Assembly (NCBI GenBank): GCA_043228905.1
Contig: JBHGNT010000015.1
Location: forward strand, 310,001-374,000
Reading direction: 5' to 3'
Length of the DNA stretch: 64,000 nt
DNA from: Azolla caroliniana
Lineage: Eukaryota; Plantae; Polypodiophyta
Below are positions 10,837 to 20,314 of this stretch, piece by piece (position 1 is the stretch's first letter; every line of letters begins with the position of its first letter). A model generated the notes under the pieces. That model was not told the origin of the DNA, made no database searches, and saw nothing but the letters and a program-made list of their open reading frames with translations. Both the position numbers and the translations under genes were made by a program.

Positions 10837-11697
10837 TGTCGTAGTGTAGGTTGCACACTATGTGGAAATTATATTTTTGTCCCTCCGGATAGAGAATGGA
10901 GTGCTCGGTGGGAACCGGAAGAAAACGGCTTACCGGCAAGGAGGAAAAACGGCTTACCGGCAAGGAGGAAAAAACGGCATACCGGCAAGGAGGAAAACGG
11001 CATACCGGCAAGGAAGAAAACGGCATACCGGCAAGGAAGAGCCGGATAAAGAGACATAAATGTAAAAGGAAAGGAAATACTCACTACTGCGCAAGGCGCG
11101 ATTCGAACTCTGCACCTCCACGTTGACAAACCCCAACCTTACCATTACATTAACTTATCTTAAGTGTTTTAAATATAGATTTAATACGTATAAGACCTTT
11201 ATTTATGCATACCTTTATTAAAAGGTAAATCGTGTATTTTTTTAATATATGAAAAAGAAAAACACGAGACACTAAAAATAACTCATGCACATCTAGCGTG
11301 CATGAGCCCTATACTTAGGAAATAAAAAAGCATCACATGCACATTTAGTGGACATGAACACTTTTTGTAAAAAAAAAAAAAAAGCATGAAGCCATGCTTA
11401 GCTCTTCCTTCCTTATATAAGGAGGAGAGAAATATGTAAAGGGTTGTTGATTATTTGGATTAAGAATTAATCAATACAAAAATTATTCGTGGGATTCACG
11501 ATTTATACGTCTACTTCTCTCTTAACACCCTAAGTACTAATTAATATAGTATACTCGTGTGATTCACGAGTTTCTTATCTTTCTCTTTGCTATTTACTCA
11601 TAATTAATCTCTATCTCACGAACTTCTTTCTCCTAGTCCAAGACCTCTGTGGTTCCCACCCGACTCACGCAACGATCCGGAGCCGAAAGGCACGACA
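10837..11697 (+). repeat. 5' LTR of element B (contains 5 x ~23-bp direct repeats at about 10922-11039)
   Basis: TGTCGTAG...CACGACA; unit AAAACGGCWTACCGGCAAGGARG x5. Confidence 0.96.
11088..11159 (-). promoter_or_regulatory. tRNA-like Pol III A/B-box module in LTR B (copy at about 17616-17687)
   Basis: Minus strand TAATGTAATGGTAAGG...GAGGTGCAGAGTTCGAATC. Confidence 0.55.
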
Positions 11698-11701
11698 CAG
11701 T

Positions 11702-11719
11702 TGGTGAACCCGACGTGAA
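11702..11719 (+). promoter_or_regulatory. Primer-binding site complementary to the 3' end of tRNA-Trp
   Basis: TGGTGAACCCGACGTGAA is the reverse complement of TTCACGTCGGGTTCA+CCA, the plant tRNA-Trp(CCA) 3' end as I recall it. The identical 18-mer occurs in A and C. Confidence 0.85.
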
Positions 11720-11735
11720 GACGGGTGGCAAGGAG

Positions 11736-13016
11736 ATGGAGGCTCAACAAGCTAACAATATGATGGCGATGTTCGAACGGATGCTTCAAGAACAACGCAC
11801 GATGTCGGAGATTTCGGCATCAGTAGAGCGGCTCATGCAACGCAACGGGCAATTTAATGGTAAGGATGTGTCGCGATATTTGCAGGACTACAAGGCGGAG
11901 ATGCTCCGGTGCCGGGCTTCGGAAGGACTGCAAGTGACATCCTTTAACCGGGTGGCGACCGACGGGCTTCAAGGGAGTATCCACGGGTTGCAACAACAAA
12001 ATCCGACGTGGGAAGCATTCGAAGAGGCGTTAAAGACCACGTTTGCCATCGAGGACTCCTCCAAGGCAACGCGGAGGGGATTCGAGGATTGGGTGGAAAC
12101 GTCAGGTAAGGGGCTGAAGGTCCTCGAAGTGTTTTCGGCATTCGAAAGTCGGTTCGGGAGGTTGTCCGCGAGAGATCAAACTATTCTTGCACCGGACAAA
12201 GTCATCATGTTTTTGCGAGCTGTGGATGTCCGGGACCGGAAAGATCTCGGAGTGCTTCTTGAGGACACGACCACTGAAAGCGGCCTCACCGAAACATGGG
12301 AAAGCGTGCGGGATATCGTCGCGCGGTACACGAAGAGGGGGCAATGGCTTGCCAACGAAGAAAAGAGGGTTTCGGAACCGATTCCGAAACCGAGAACGGG
12401 ACTGGAAGACCATCAACCGAGGGCTCGGGAGATTACGGCCGAGAAGGGAGTCGACGCGTCTACGGTGGAGCAGCTGCTGAAGGAGATGGAGAATCTAAAG
12501 ATCGCGATGGTGAAGAAGTCGGATGACCGCCCCACAAGCTCCAAATATACGGATCGACGGTGCATATGGTGCGATAGCGCCGAACACGATCGGAGGGATT
12601 GCGACGACCATAAGGAGGCACTACGACGGGATCTCATCTACTACGAGGGAAACCGGATTCATTCGATGGACTCTCGGAAGCCACTCCGACCGAACTTCCG
12701 GAAAGGCGGCATGAAGAAGGTGCTCGAGGAGGAGTTAGCGGCAAGAAGCAACTATGCGACAACCGCGGGAATATGTGTCGGGGAGTCAACGGGAGCGAAG
12801 GCGTCTTTCTGGCCGGAGGTGCTAGGAAACACCGAGAAAACCGACTCCAACGATATCCGAAACACCGCGGAAGGCGTCCGGGAAGCTACGGGATGGGAGT
12901 GCCCTGTCGACAAGAATAGCATATACGCCCTGTGTCAATTACATGAGGTGTATGTGGACGAGAAACGACGGCGCACGGAGGATGCGGCCGGACCATCGAA
13001 GATACCGGAAAGCTAG
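11736..13016 (+). CDS. gag: Gag of element B
   Basis: Intact ORF with zinc knuckle CIWCDSAEHDRRDC; ends at a TAG in frame with the protease. Confidence 0.92.
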   Translation: MEAQQANNMMAMFERMLQEQRTMSEISASVERLMQRNGQFNGKDVSRYLQDYKAEMLRCRASEGLQVTSFNRVATDGLQGSIHGLQQQNPTWEAFEEALKTTFAIEDSSKATRRGFEDWVETSGKGLKVLEVFSAFESRFGRLSARDQTILAPDKVIMFLRAVDVRDRKDLGVLLEDTTTESGLTETWESVRDIVARYTKRGQWLANEEKRVSEPIPKPRTGLEDHQPRAREITAEKGVDASTVEQLLKEMENLKIAMVKKSDDRPTSSKYTDRRCIWCDSAEHDRRDCDDHKEALRRDLIYYEGNRIHSMDSRKPLRPNFRKGGMKKVLEEELAARSNYATTAGICVGESTGAKASFWPEVLGNTEKTDSNDIRNTAEGVREATGWECPVDKNSIYALCQLHEVYVDEKRRRTEDAAGPSKIPES

Positions 13017-13775
13017 AACTCCGGAGGTAAGGGAAAAGAAAAGGCGACTCCGGCATTCAAGCTCGCCTCGGACATAGAACAACAAACCGACTTGAAAAGA
13101 GTGTTCGAGGAAAGAATCTTGGATAGCCGGGTAGATTTTTCGTTGCGGGAACTACTCGGAATAGCGAAGAAGGAGTTTCACGATCTTCTCGTGGATCTCG
13201 TGAAAAGGAAGAGACAAAGTACGGAGGAAAATGCTCCAAGGGTGAATGCAAATACCGTTTCAACGAACGACACCGAAGTGGAAGGCGAAATTCCGAACTC
13301 CCACTATACAAGGCCACACTGGGCCCGTGCGACTACGGAGACTCCGGTCCGAATCGGCAACATCAAAGAACCCGTGCTAGCACTGATTGATCACGGATCG
13401 GAGATCAACTTGATGTCCAAGGAGTTCTACCGAAAGGGGAAGTGGCCTATAAACACCAACCATGGATGGAAGATTCGGGCAGCCACGAAAACGACAGAAG
13501 ACCTATTTGCGGCTTGTCCGGATGTGACGGTAAAGATCGGGGATGTCGAAATTGACCAAAATTTCTTTGTGCAGGATGAGGTTTCACATTCTGTCATCCT
13601 CGGCCAACCCTTTATCACGGCTTCACGGATGGAGACGAAGGTGCTCGATAGTGGTGCGGCTTTTGCGCGAATTCGGAGCCAAAATGGAGGGAAATCCGTC
13701 CAATTCCTAACGGTGCCGGCAAATCACGAAAGGAACAAGAGGGAACTCTTGTCCCAAGTGAGAATGGATTTTTAA
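13017..13775 (+). CDS. Aspartic protease region of element B (same frame as gag, separated by one TAG)
   Basis: Open from 13017; ALIDHGSEINLMS and VILGQPFI; ends ATG GAT TTT TAA. Confidence 0.88.
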   Translation, partial: NSGGKGKEKATPAFKLASDIEQQTDLKRVFEERILDSRVDFSLRELLGIAKKEFHDLLVDLVKRKRQSTEENAPRVNANTVSTNDTEVEGEIPNSHYTRPHWARATTETPVRIGNIKEPVLALIDHGSEINLMSKEFYRKGKWPINTNHGWKIRAATKTTEDLFAACPDVTVKIGDVEIDQNFFVQDEVSHSVILGQPFITASRMETKVLDSGAAFARIRSQNGGKSVQFLTVPANHERNKRELLSQVRMDF

Positions 13776-16700
13776 AGCGGACTGTTGCGGAGTGGGGAAG
13801 TGATAGTCCGAGAAGCCCTGATACCCCACACAGGAAGAAAACTCTTGGAGCAAAACAAGTACGAATCGGCCCGGATGGGGCATCTACGTACACGGCCGTA
13901 ACCGGAGGAATGAAGAAACAATACCGACAAGTGGAGGATAAGTTACGGTCGGCATCAATAATAAAAGAAGACGAAGAAATCGTGGGAGTGATCGAGGAAG
14001 TGTTCTATGGGAATACACTACAACGGCTTGAAGAGCTTGCGAAAGATAAAAGTCAAGGGAACCGGGTAGTCCCGGTGGAATCGGTCGAGATGTACGAGAT
14101 CGTTGCGAAAATGGGGCCGGATGCGCTCCGCAAAGAAGAAGCAATGGTAAGTACGAAATACAAGACCGTGGAGAAGAAGGTGAAACCGGCCGCGGGACCA
14201 CTACCTGCCGATAGCGAACAAAAGAGGAAAGAAGTCTCGGGAGATCCGACACTTCGGAAGACCGTGGATATCGGACATGCCTTCACAGATGAGACCCGGA
14301 AGAAACTTCGGATCGGTGGAGGTGGGTTCCTCTTACAAGAAGAAGAAAAACGGTTTCGAGAGATGTTGGAGCAACACGGCAAAGCATTCGCGTTCACATC
14401 GAGGGAGATCGGATGCATTGATCCAAAGATAGTGGAGCCGATGGTGATCTTCACGATTGATCATGTACCGTGGAACCTGAAGCCGATTCCGGTGCCACGG
14501 GCGCATATTCCGAAAGTCATCGACTTGCTCAAGGAGAAGGTGGCGATGGGGATTCTAGAGCCATCAAGTGCTCCGTACTCAAATCGATGGTTTACGGTTC
14601 CGAAGAAGAATGGGTCACTCCGATTCATCCAAGACTTGCAACCGGTGAACAAGGTCACGATCCGGAACTCGGGAGTCGGTCCGATAGTGGACGAATTCGC
14701 GGAAGCTTTTGCCGGACGTGCGATATACTCCATCGGGGACCTATACTCGGGGTATGACCAATTCCAACTAGCCGTGGAGAGCCGAGACATCACTACCATG
14801 CGGACACCGATAGGACTAGTTCGAATGTGCACACTACCACAAGGAGCGACAAACTCGGTTGCACATATGATGAACGCGATGAACAAGGTGCTTCAAGATT
14901 GCATCCCGGAGATAACGATGCCGTTTCTAGATGACATTCCGATGAAAGGATGCGCGGTGGAAGAAAAAGATGAGACTATGGATGATCGGGGATGCCGAAA
15001 GTTCGTGGTCGACCATATTCATGATTGCGAGAAAGTGTTGCGAAAGCTAGAAGATGTGCACCTAACACTTTCCGGGGAGAAATCGGCATTCGGGCAAGAA
15101 GAAATATTGGTGGTCGGACATCTATGTGGACCCTACGGTCGAAGACCGTCACCAACAAAGATCGATGCGATTCAAGCTATGAAGGAAGTATGTGAGTCAA
15201 CATCGGAAGTCCGAAGGTTTCTAGGTGCGTGTGCATTCTATCACATATGGATTCCGCACTATGCACATATAGCGGACCCGCTCTATCACTTGTTGCGGAA
15301 AGGTAAGAAATTCGAGTGGAAACCGGAACACACTAAAGCCATGAGGAAGCTCAAGAAGACACTATGGAGGGCGGAATCACTTAAGAAGCCAAGCTACGAG
15401 CGGCCAATCATAGTAACGGTTGATACAAGTCCAACCGGTATCGGGTGGGTCATCAATCAAGCCGACTCGGATGGTTCGTGGTATCCGATCCGATTTGGAG
15501 CAAAGGTCCTCAACGAAAGGCAACGCGGATATGCACAAGTCAAAAGAGAATTGTGGGGAGTCGTGTCGGCGATAAAATCGGATCGGGATTATTTGATCGG
15601 AGCTGAAGTGGTGATCGAGACGGATTGTCTTCCGATACTCGGGATGATGCGGTGTTGTACGATACCGGATGTGGCTATGCTAAGGTGGATTGCATATGTC
15701 AAGTCACTTAATCCGGAGGTTCGACACATCTCGGGGAAGGACAACGCGGTAGCGGACATGTTATCGAGGGCGCGGTTTGAAGACGACATAACCGAATCAG
15801 ATAATGAAGAAGTTTCCGAAGACTACTTCACGTCAGAACACATATGCCGAGTGAACGTGATCCGAGAATTCCGGGAAGAAGAATACGAGGGGGAAACCTT
15901 GATGATCGGGAAGATGCTACAAGAGGTCGAGGATTCAACCAATGATAAAGAAAGGAGAGCCGAGATCCGAAGGAAGAAGAGGCAAGTCCAAAAGTTCTTC
16001 TTGGAAAACGGTTTAATATGGAGGACGCCGAAAAGACCGGATGGGATACCACTTCGAGTAGTCGGGACGAAAGAGCAACGAAACCGGATAATGTCCGAGT
16101 TCCACGAATCCGATTGGGCTGGACATCGAGGAACATGGGCAACTTTTGTGAAAATCAAGCAAAGATATTGGTGGAAGAACATGTATAAAGATGTCGCGGA
16201 GTTCACAGAAAGCTGCGAGAAATGTCAAGTCTACTCCGGGGTCCGACACCGAGATGAGCTGCATCCGACATTCTCACCGACAATCAACTTCAAGTGGATG
16301 GTCGACATTGTAGCTATGCCGACCGGGATTGGACAAAAGAAATACTTGGTGTTAGCTCGAGAAGATCTCACAAACCAAGTTGAAGGTCGAGCGCTTCGGA
16401 GGAAAACGTGTGCCGCGGTGTGCCAATTTCTTTTGGAAGAAGTGTTTTGTAGGTACGGCTGCGTAGGACAAGTGATTGCGGACCGGGGAGAACTCGACTC
16501 GGACAAAGCTAGGGGATTCTTCGCCAAACATGGAGTTCGGTTAACGTTGACAACGGCCTACAATCCGGAGGCCAACGGGAAGATCGAGCGAGGACATAGT
16601 CCGATCGTGAAAGCACTTGCGAAGGCATGCGACGGAAGGGTGAAGGATTGGCCACAAATGCTTCCGTATGCACTATGGGCGGATCGGACGACGCATAGCT

Positions 16701-17377
16701 CCGTGACCGGTTACATGCCGGCAGAACTCATGACCGGACAAGCACCGGTAATGCCAACGGAAACCGCAATCGCGACATGGACAATACTACCGTGGAAGGA
16801 AGAGATGAGCCGGGAAGAACTACTAGCGGTCCGGATACGACAACTGGAGGGAAGACCGAAAGATGTAGCGGAAGCGTCACGCCGACAACAAGAAGCACGG
16901 TTCCGGAACAAAAGCCGGTTCGACACAAAGCACCGACTACGACCGAGGAGGATTGAAGAAGGAGATTGGGTGATCGTCTATGATAGTAGCTTGGACCATC
17001 AACATACAACGATGCGGAAATTTGCGAAAAGGTGGTTCGGGCCGTACGAGGTTCGGAAGGTCTTCGACAACGGGACGTACCGACTGTCCGAGTTGGATGG
17101 AACAATACTACGAGTGCCTATAGCCGGGAAGCGGGTGAAGATTTTCAAGAAGCGGACCGACGACAAACCTTATGTGATCCAAGTCGAGGCCGACAACGAG
17201 GAGCAATCGGACGAAGACCACAATGATGCGGGAAGCGAAGAAAGTGGATTACAACTCATAGTCGACATAAGGGGAGAATCGGAGGAAGCTTCGGATGAAG
17301 ACGGATACGAAGAATCAAGAACTTCGGCACATACCGGAGGATGTGCGGGTTTGGAGGGGGCGAGTGTCGTAGTGTAG
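13766..17377 (+). CDS. pol: RT-RNase H-integrase of element B (-1 frame, open from the slippery site)
   Basis: RT FLDD, RNase H VDTS...ETDC...AD, integrase H..H/C..C, D,D(35)E (VDI, ADRG, KIER), GPY motif. The tail is acidic rather than a chromodomain. Confidence 0.95.
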   Translation, partial: GFLKRTVAEWGSDSPRSPDTPHRKKTLGAKQVRIGPDGASTYTAVTGGMKKQYRQVEDKLRSASIIKEDEEIVGVIEEVFYGNTLQRLEELAKDKSQGNRVVPVESVEMYEIVAKMGPDALRKEEAMVSTKYKTVEKKVKPAAGPLPADSEQKRKEVSGDPTLRKTVDIGHAFTDETRKKLRIGGGGFLLQEEEKRFREMLEQHGKAFAFTSREIGCIDPKIVEPMVIFTIDHVPWNLKPIPVPRAHIPKVIDLLKEKVAMGILEPSSAPYSNRWFTVPKKNGSLRFIQDLQPVNKVTIRNSGVGPIVDEFAEAFAGRAIYSIGDLYSGYDQFQLAVESRDITTMRTPIGLVRMCTLPQGATNSVAHMMNAMNKVLQDCIPEITMPFLDDIPMKGCAVEEKDETMDDRGCRKFVVDHIHDCEKVLRKLEDVHLTLSGEKSAFGQEEILVVGHLCGPYGRRPSPTKIDAIQAMKEVCESTSEVRRFLGACAFYHIWIPHYAHIADPLYHLLRKGKKFEWKPEHTKAMRKLKKTLWRAESLKKPSYERPIIVTVDTSPTGIGWVINQADSDGSWYPIRFGAKVLNERQRGYAQVKRELWGVVSAIKSDRDYLIGAEVVIETDCLPILGMMRCCTIPDVAMLRWIAYVKSLNPEVRHISGKDNAVADMLSRARFEDDITESDNEEVSEDYFTSEHICRVNVIREFREEEYEGETLMIGKMLQEVEDSTNDKERRAEIRRKKRQVQKFFLENGLIWRTPKRPDGIPLRVVGTKEQRNRIMSEFHESDWAGHRGTWATFVKIKQRYWWKNMYKDVAEFTESCEKCQVYSGVRHRDELHPTFSPTINFKWMVDIVAMPTGIGQKKYLVLAREDLTNQVEGRALRRKTCAAVCQFLLEEVFCRYGCVGQVIADRGELDSDKARGFFAKHGVRLTLTTAYNPEANGKIERGHSPIVKALAKACDGRVKDWPQMLPYALWADRTTHSSVTGYMPAELMTGQAPVMPTETAIATWTILPWKEEMSREELLAVRIRQLEGRPKDVAEASRRQQEARFRNKSRFDTKHRLRPRRIEEGDWVIVYDSSLDHQHTTMRKFAKRWFGPYEVRKVFDNGTYRLSELDGTILRVPIAGKRVKIFKKRTDDKPYVIQVEADNEEQSDEDHNDAGSEESGLQLIVDIRGESEEASDEDGYEESRTSAHTGGCAGLEGASVVV
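17353..17364 (+). promoter_or_regulatory. Polypurine tract of element B
   Basis: GGAGGGGGCGAG directly before the 3' LTR; same in C. Confidence 0.85.
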
Positions 17378-18225
17378 GTTGCACACTATGTGGAAATTAT
17401 ATTTTTGTCCCTCCGGATAGAGAATGGAGTGCTCGGTGGGAACCGGAAGAAAACGGCTTACCGGCAAGGAGGAAAAACGGCTTACCGGCAAGGAGGAAAA
17501 AACGGCATACCGGCAAGGAGGAAAACGGCATACCGGCAAGGAAGAAAACGGCATACCGGCAAGGAAGAGCCGGATAAAGAGACATAAATGTAAAAGGAAA
17601 GGAAATACTCACTACTGCGCAAGGTGCGATTCGAACTCTGCACCTCCACGTTGACAAACCCCAACCTTACCATTACATTAACTTATCTTAAGTGTTTTAA
17701 ATATAGATTTAATACGTATAAGACCTTTATTTATGCATACCTTTATTAAAAGGTAAATCGTGTATTTTTTTAATATATGAAAAAGAAAAACACGAGACAC
17801 TAAAAATAACTCATGCACATCTAGCGTGCATGAGCCCTATACTTAGGAAATAAAAAAGCATCACATGCACATTTAGTGGACATGAACACTTTTTGTAAAA
17901 AAAAAAAAAAAGCATGAAGCCATGCTTAGCTCTTCCTTCCTTATATAAGGAGGAGAGAAATATGTAAAGGGTTGTTGATTATTTGGATTAAGAATTAATC
18001 AATACAAAAATTATTCGTGGGATTCACGATTTATACGTCTACTTCTCTCTTAACACCCTAAGTACTAATTAATATAGTATACTCGTGTGATTCACGAGTT
18101 TCTTATCTTTCTCTTTGCTATTTACTCATAATTAATCTCTATCTCACGAACTTCTTTCTCCTAGTCCAAGACCTCTGTGGTTCCCACCCGACTCACGCAA
18201 CGATCCGGAGCCGAAAGGCACGACA
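17365..18225 (+). repeat. 3' LTR of element B
   Basis: Direct repeat of 10837-11697. Confidence 0.96.
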
Positions 18226-18229
18226 GCGG

Positions 18230-19391
18230 TAGTTCGGATAGTTGGGGATGTGTGGCTAAATCTGCATGGAGGTTTTCTAGCATGTCGTGAATTCCTAATC
18301 TAGGGGTATCTTTCGTATACCTAAGTTTGAAGATGACAGGTATAAGGGTACTTTTAGGTTTTCTACTAAATACTAGTGATTTCCTAGCGTTAAATGGCAC
18401 CTTTTTATAATTCTCTAATATAAAAGAAAGGGGATACCCTCTCTTAACTAATCTACTAAAAAATAGTTTTTTCATTCGAAGGAAACCTAAGGGGGTACTT
18501 TCTCTAATTAGGTATCGTTTTAGTTCATTAATAATAAAATGACGTTTTAAGTGAAGGGGGTGAACTGACGAGAATGAGAGATATTGGTAGGCATTTTGGG
18601 GCTTTTGGTAGCAATTAAAGGAGAAATGTGAATTCTTTAGGTTAATCCATAAATCTAAGAACGGTAATCTAAAGGGAGAAGTGGTGATGGTAATTTTGAT
18701 GCAATTATTAGTGGAGGTGTTATAGAACTAGAGGTAATTTTCTAATTCGGGTTTAGTACCTGTCCATATCCCGAATGCATCATCTATATATCTAGTGAAA
18801 TAAAAAAGATTAGGGTGTGATGGCTGGGAGTTCTCTAAGTGAGCTAAGAATAGGCATGCATAAACTACAGAAAAATTACTACCCATGGCTGTACCCTTGA
18901 CTTGTTGATAGATCATGTCATCAAAGGATAGAAAGTGATATTCTAATGTGAGTGTGCTAAGTGTATAGATAAGGTTAGTTTTAGAAGATGAAAAATGTGG
19001 GGTAATCATTTTTCGTAAAGCTTGGAGTCCTAACCTAGGGGGTATGCTGGGATATAAAGATTCAACATCAAAGGTGAAGATAAAGCTATTAGGGGGTGGG
19101 TTGAGATGTTTAAAGTCTGGACAAGGGAATGTGAGTCTTTCAAATATTGCTTTTAAAGGAGAAGGATAGGCATGAGTTGGTGGTGAAGCCATTTTGATGT
19201 TTGTTCAAAAAGGGAGTTATTGTATGAGCAAATAGGTCTAAAACCTATTGGGTTTTTATGGAGTTTTGGGAGGAAATAGATATTGCATACTTTGTACCCT
19301 TTTGAGGGTTTATGTAGTATGTAATTGGCTTCTATGTTGGATAGGGTACCAAGATGGTTATTAACAATGCTTTTCAATCTATAGGATAATT
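18230..19391 (-). pseudogene. Penelope-like element reverse transcriptase (5'-truncated, frameshifted)
   Basis: YFLPKLHK..RPI, YLKDS (shifted frame), FDVESLYPSIP, YQQVKGTAMGSNFS, RYIDDAFGIW, PFLDL, YQYL...S.HP and RGYP are PLE-type RT and thumb motifs. Confidence 0.9.
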
Positions 19392-20314
19392 CCTCGTCGC
19401 AAGACGGCCGAACGTACGAGGAAGACACAAACACACGCACAAATGCTCGTACGCCTTTATGAGGAGGAGAGGTGCATGGGCAAGCCCGAACGGTTCCCTC
19501 GTCACAAGACGGCCGAACGTACAAGGAAGACACAAATACACGCACAAAATGCTCGTACGCCTTTATGAGGAGGAGAGTTGCATGGGCAAGCCCGAACGGT
19601 CCCCTCGTCACAAGACGGTCGAACGTACAAGGAAGACACAAACACACATACAAATGCTCGTACGCCTTTATGAGGAGGAGAGGTGCATGGGCAAGCCCGA
19701 ACGGTCCCCTCGTCACAAGACGGCCGAACGTACAAGAAAGACACGAATAAAGAAAGAAGGAGAGAAAGAAACACGAACGATATTGACCAAAGAGTTAAAT
19801 ACGTGTTCGATTCTAACGCAAGAGGACCCTTTATAAAATAGGGTTTTGTTCACAATGGCAACTTATAGTTAACCACAAGCTCAATCAAAACATAAATATT
19901 AAATGCCCTTAGAGACAAGGCAAAACCGAACACGGCAAAGATGAACACACGAGCACCACCAAAATGCCAATCCCAACGAACCACAACCACCCGAACGGCG
20001 AGCACACGGGCTCGCAACGACGAACGGGGCGGAGCAACGTCGAACCAACGAAGCTTGGGCTCACGAGCAGTTCGAGTGCCGACGCGAATAAGATGAGCAC
20101 GTGGCGATGGGGGGATGAAGGGGTATGAGATGAAGAAAAGTGGTGAATAAGGAGATGAAAAGCTTTGAAGAAAAATTGGCGATAGTCTCCTCCTCCCAAA
20201 ACGTCCTCCTGAATGAGCCCCCCTCGACCTCCTTTTATAGGAAAAAAAGAAGGGGGGGGGGTCGCCAAATTTGTCTTCAATGAAAAGGAATAAAATTCCT
20301 TAAATCACGCTGTA

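Larger units (their letters stand above)
10837..18225 (+). mobile_element. Ty3/gypsy element B, full length, very young, no chromodomain
   Basis: 861-bp LTRs 10837-11697 and 17365-18225 with one substitution spotted. TSD GCGG (10833-10836, 18226-18229). PBS and PPT present. Domain order gag-PR-RT-RH-INT. Confidence 0.97.

Noticed and set aside
10922-11039. 23-bp direct repeats resembling a CRISPR array
   Set aside because: Head-to-tail with no unique spacers, inside both LTRs of a eukaryotic retrotransposon, and no cas genes.
11088-11159. LTR tRNA-like modules as functional tRNA genes
   Set aside because: Acceptor, anticodon and T stems pair poorly, so they are reported only as Pol III-promoter-like modules.
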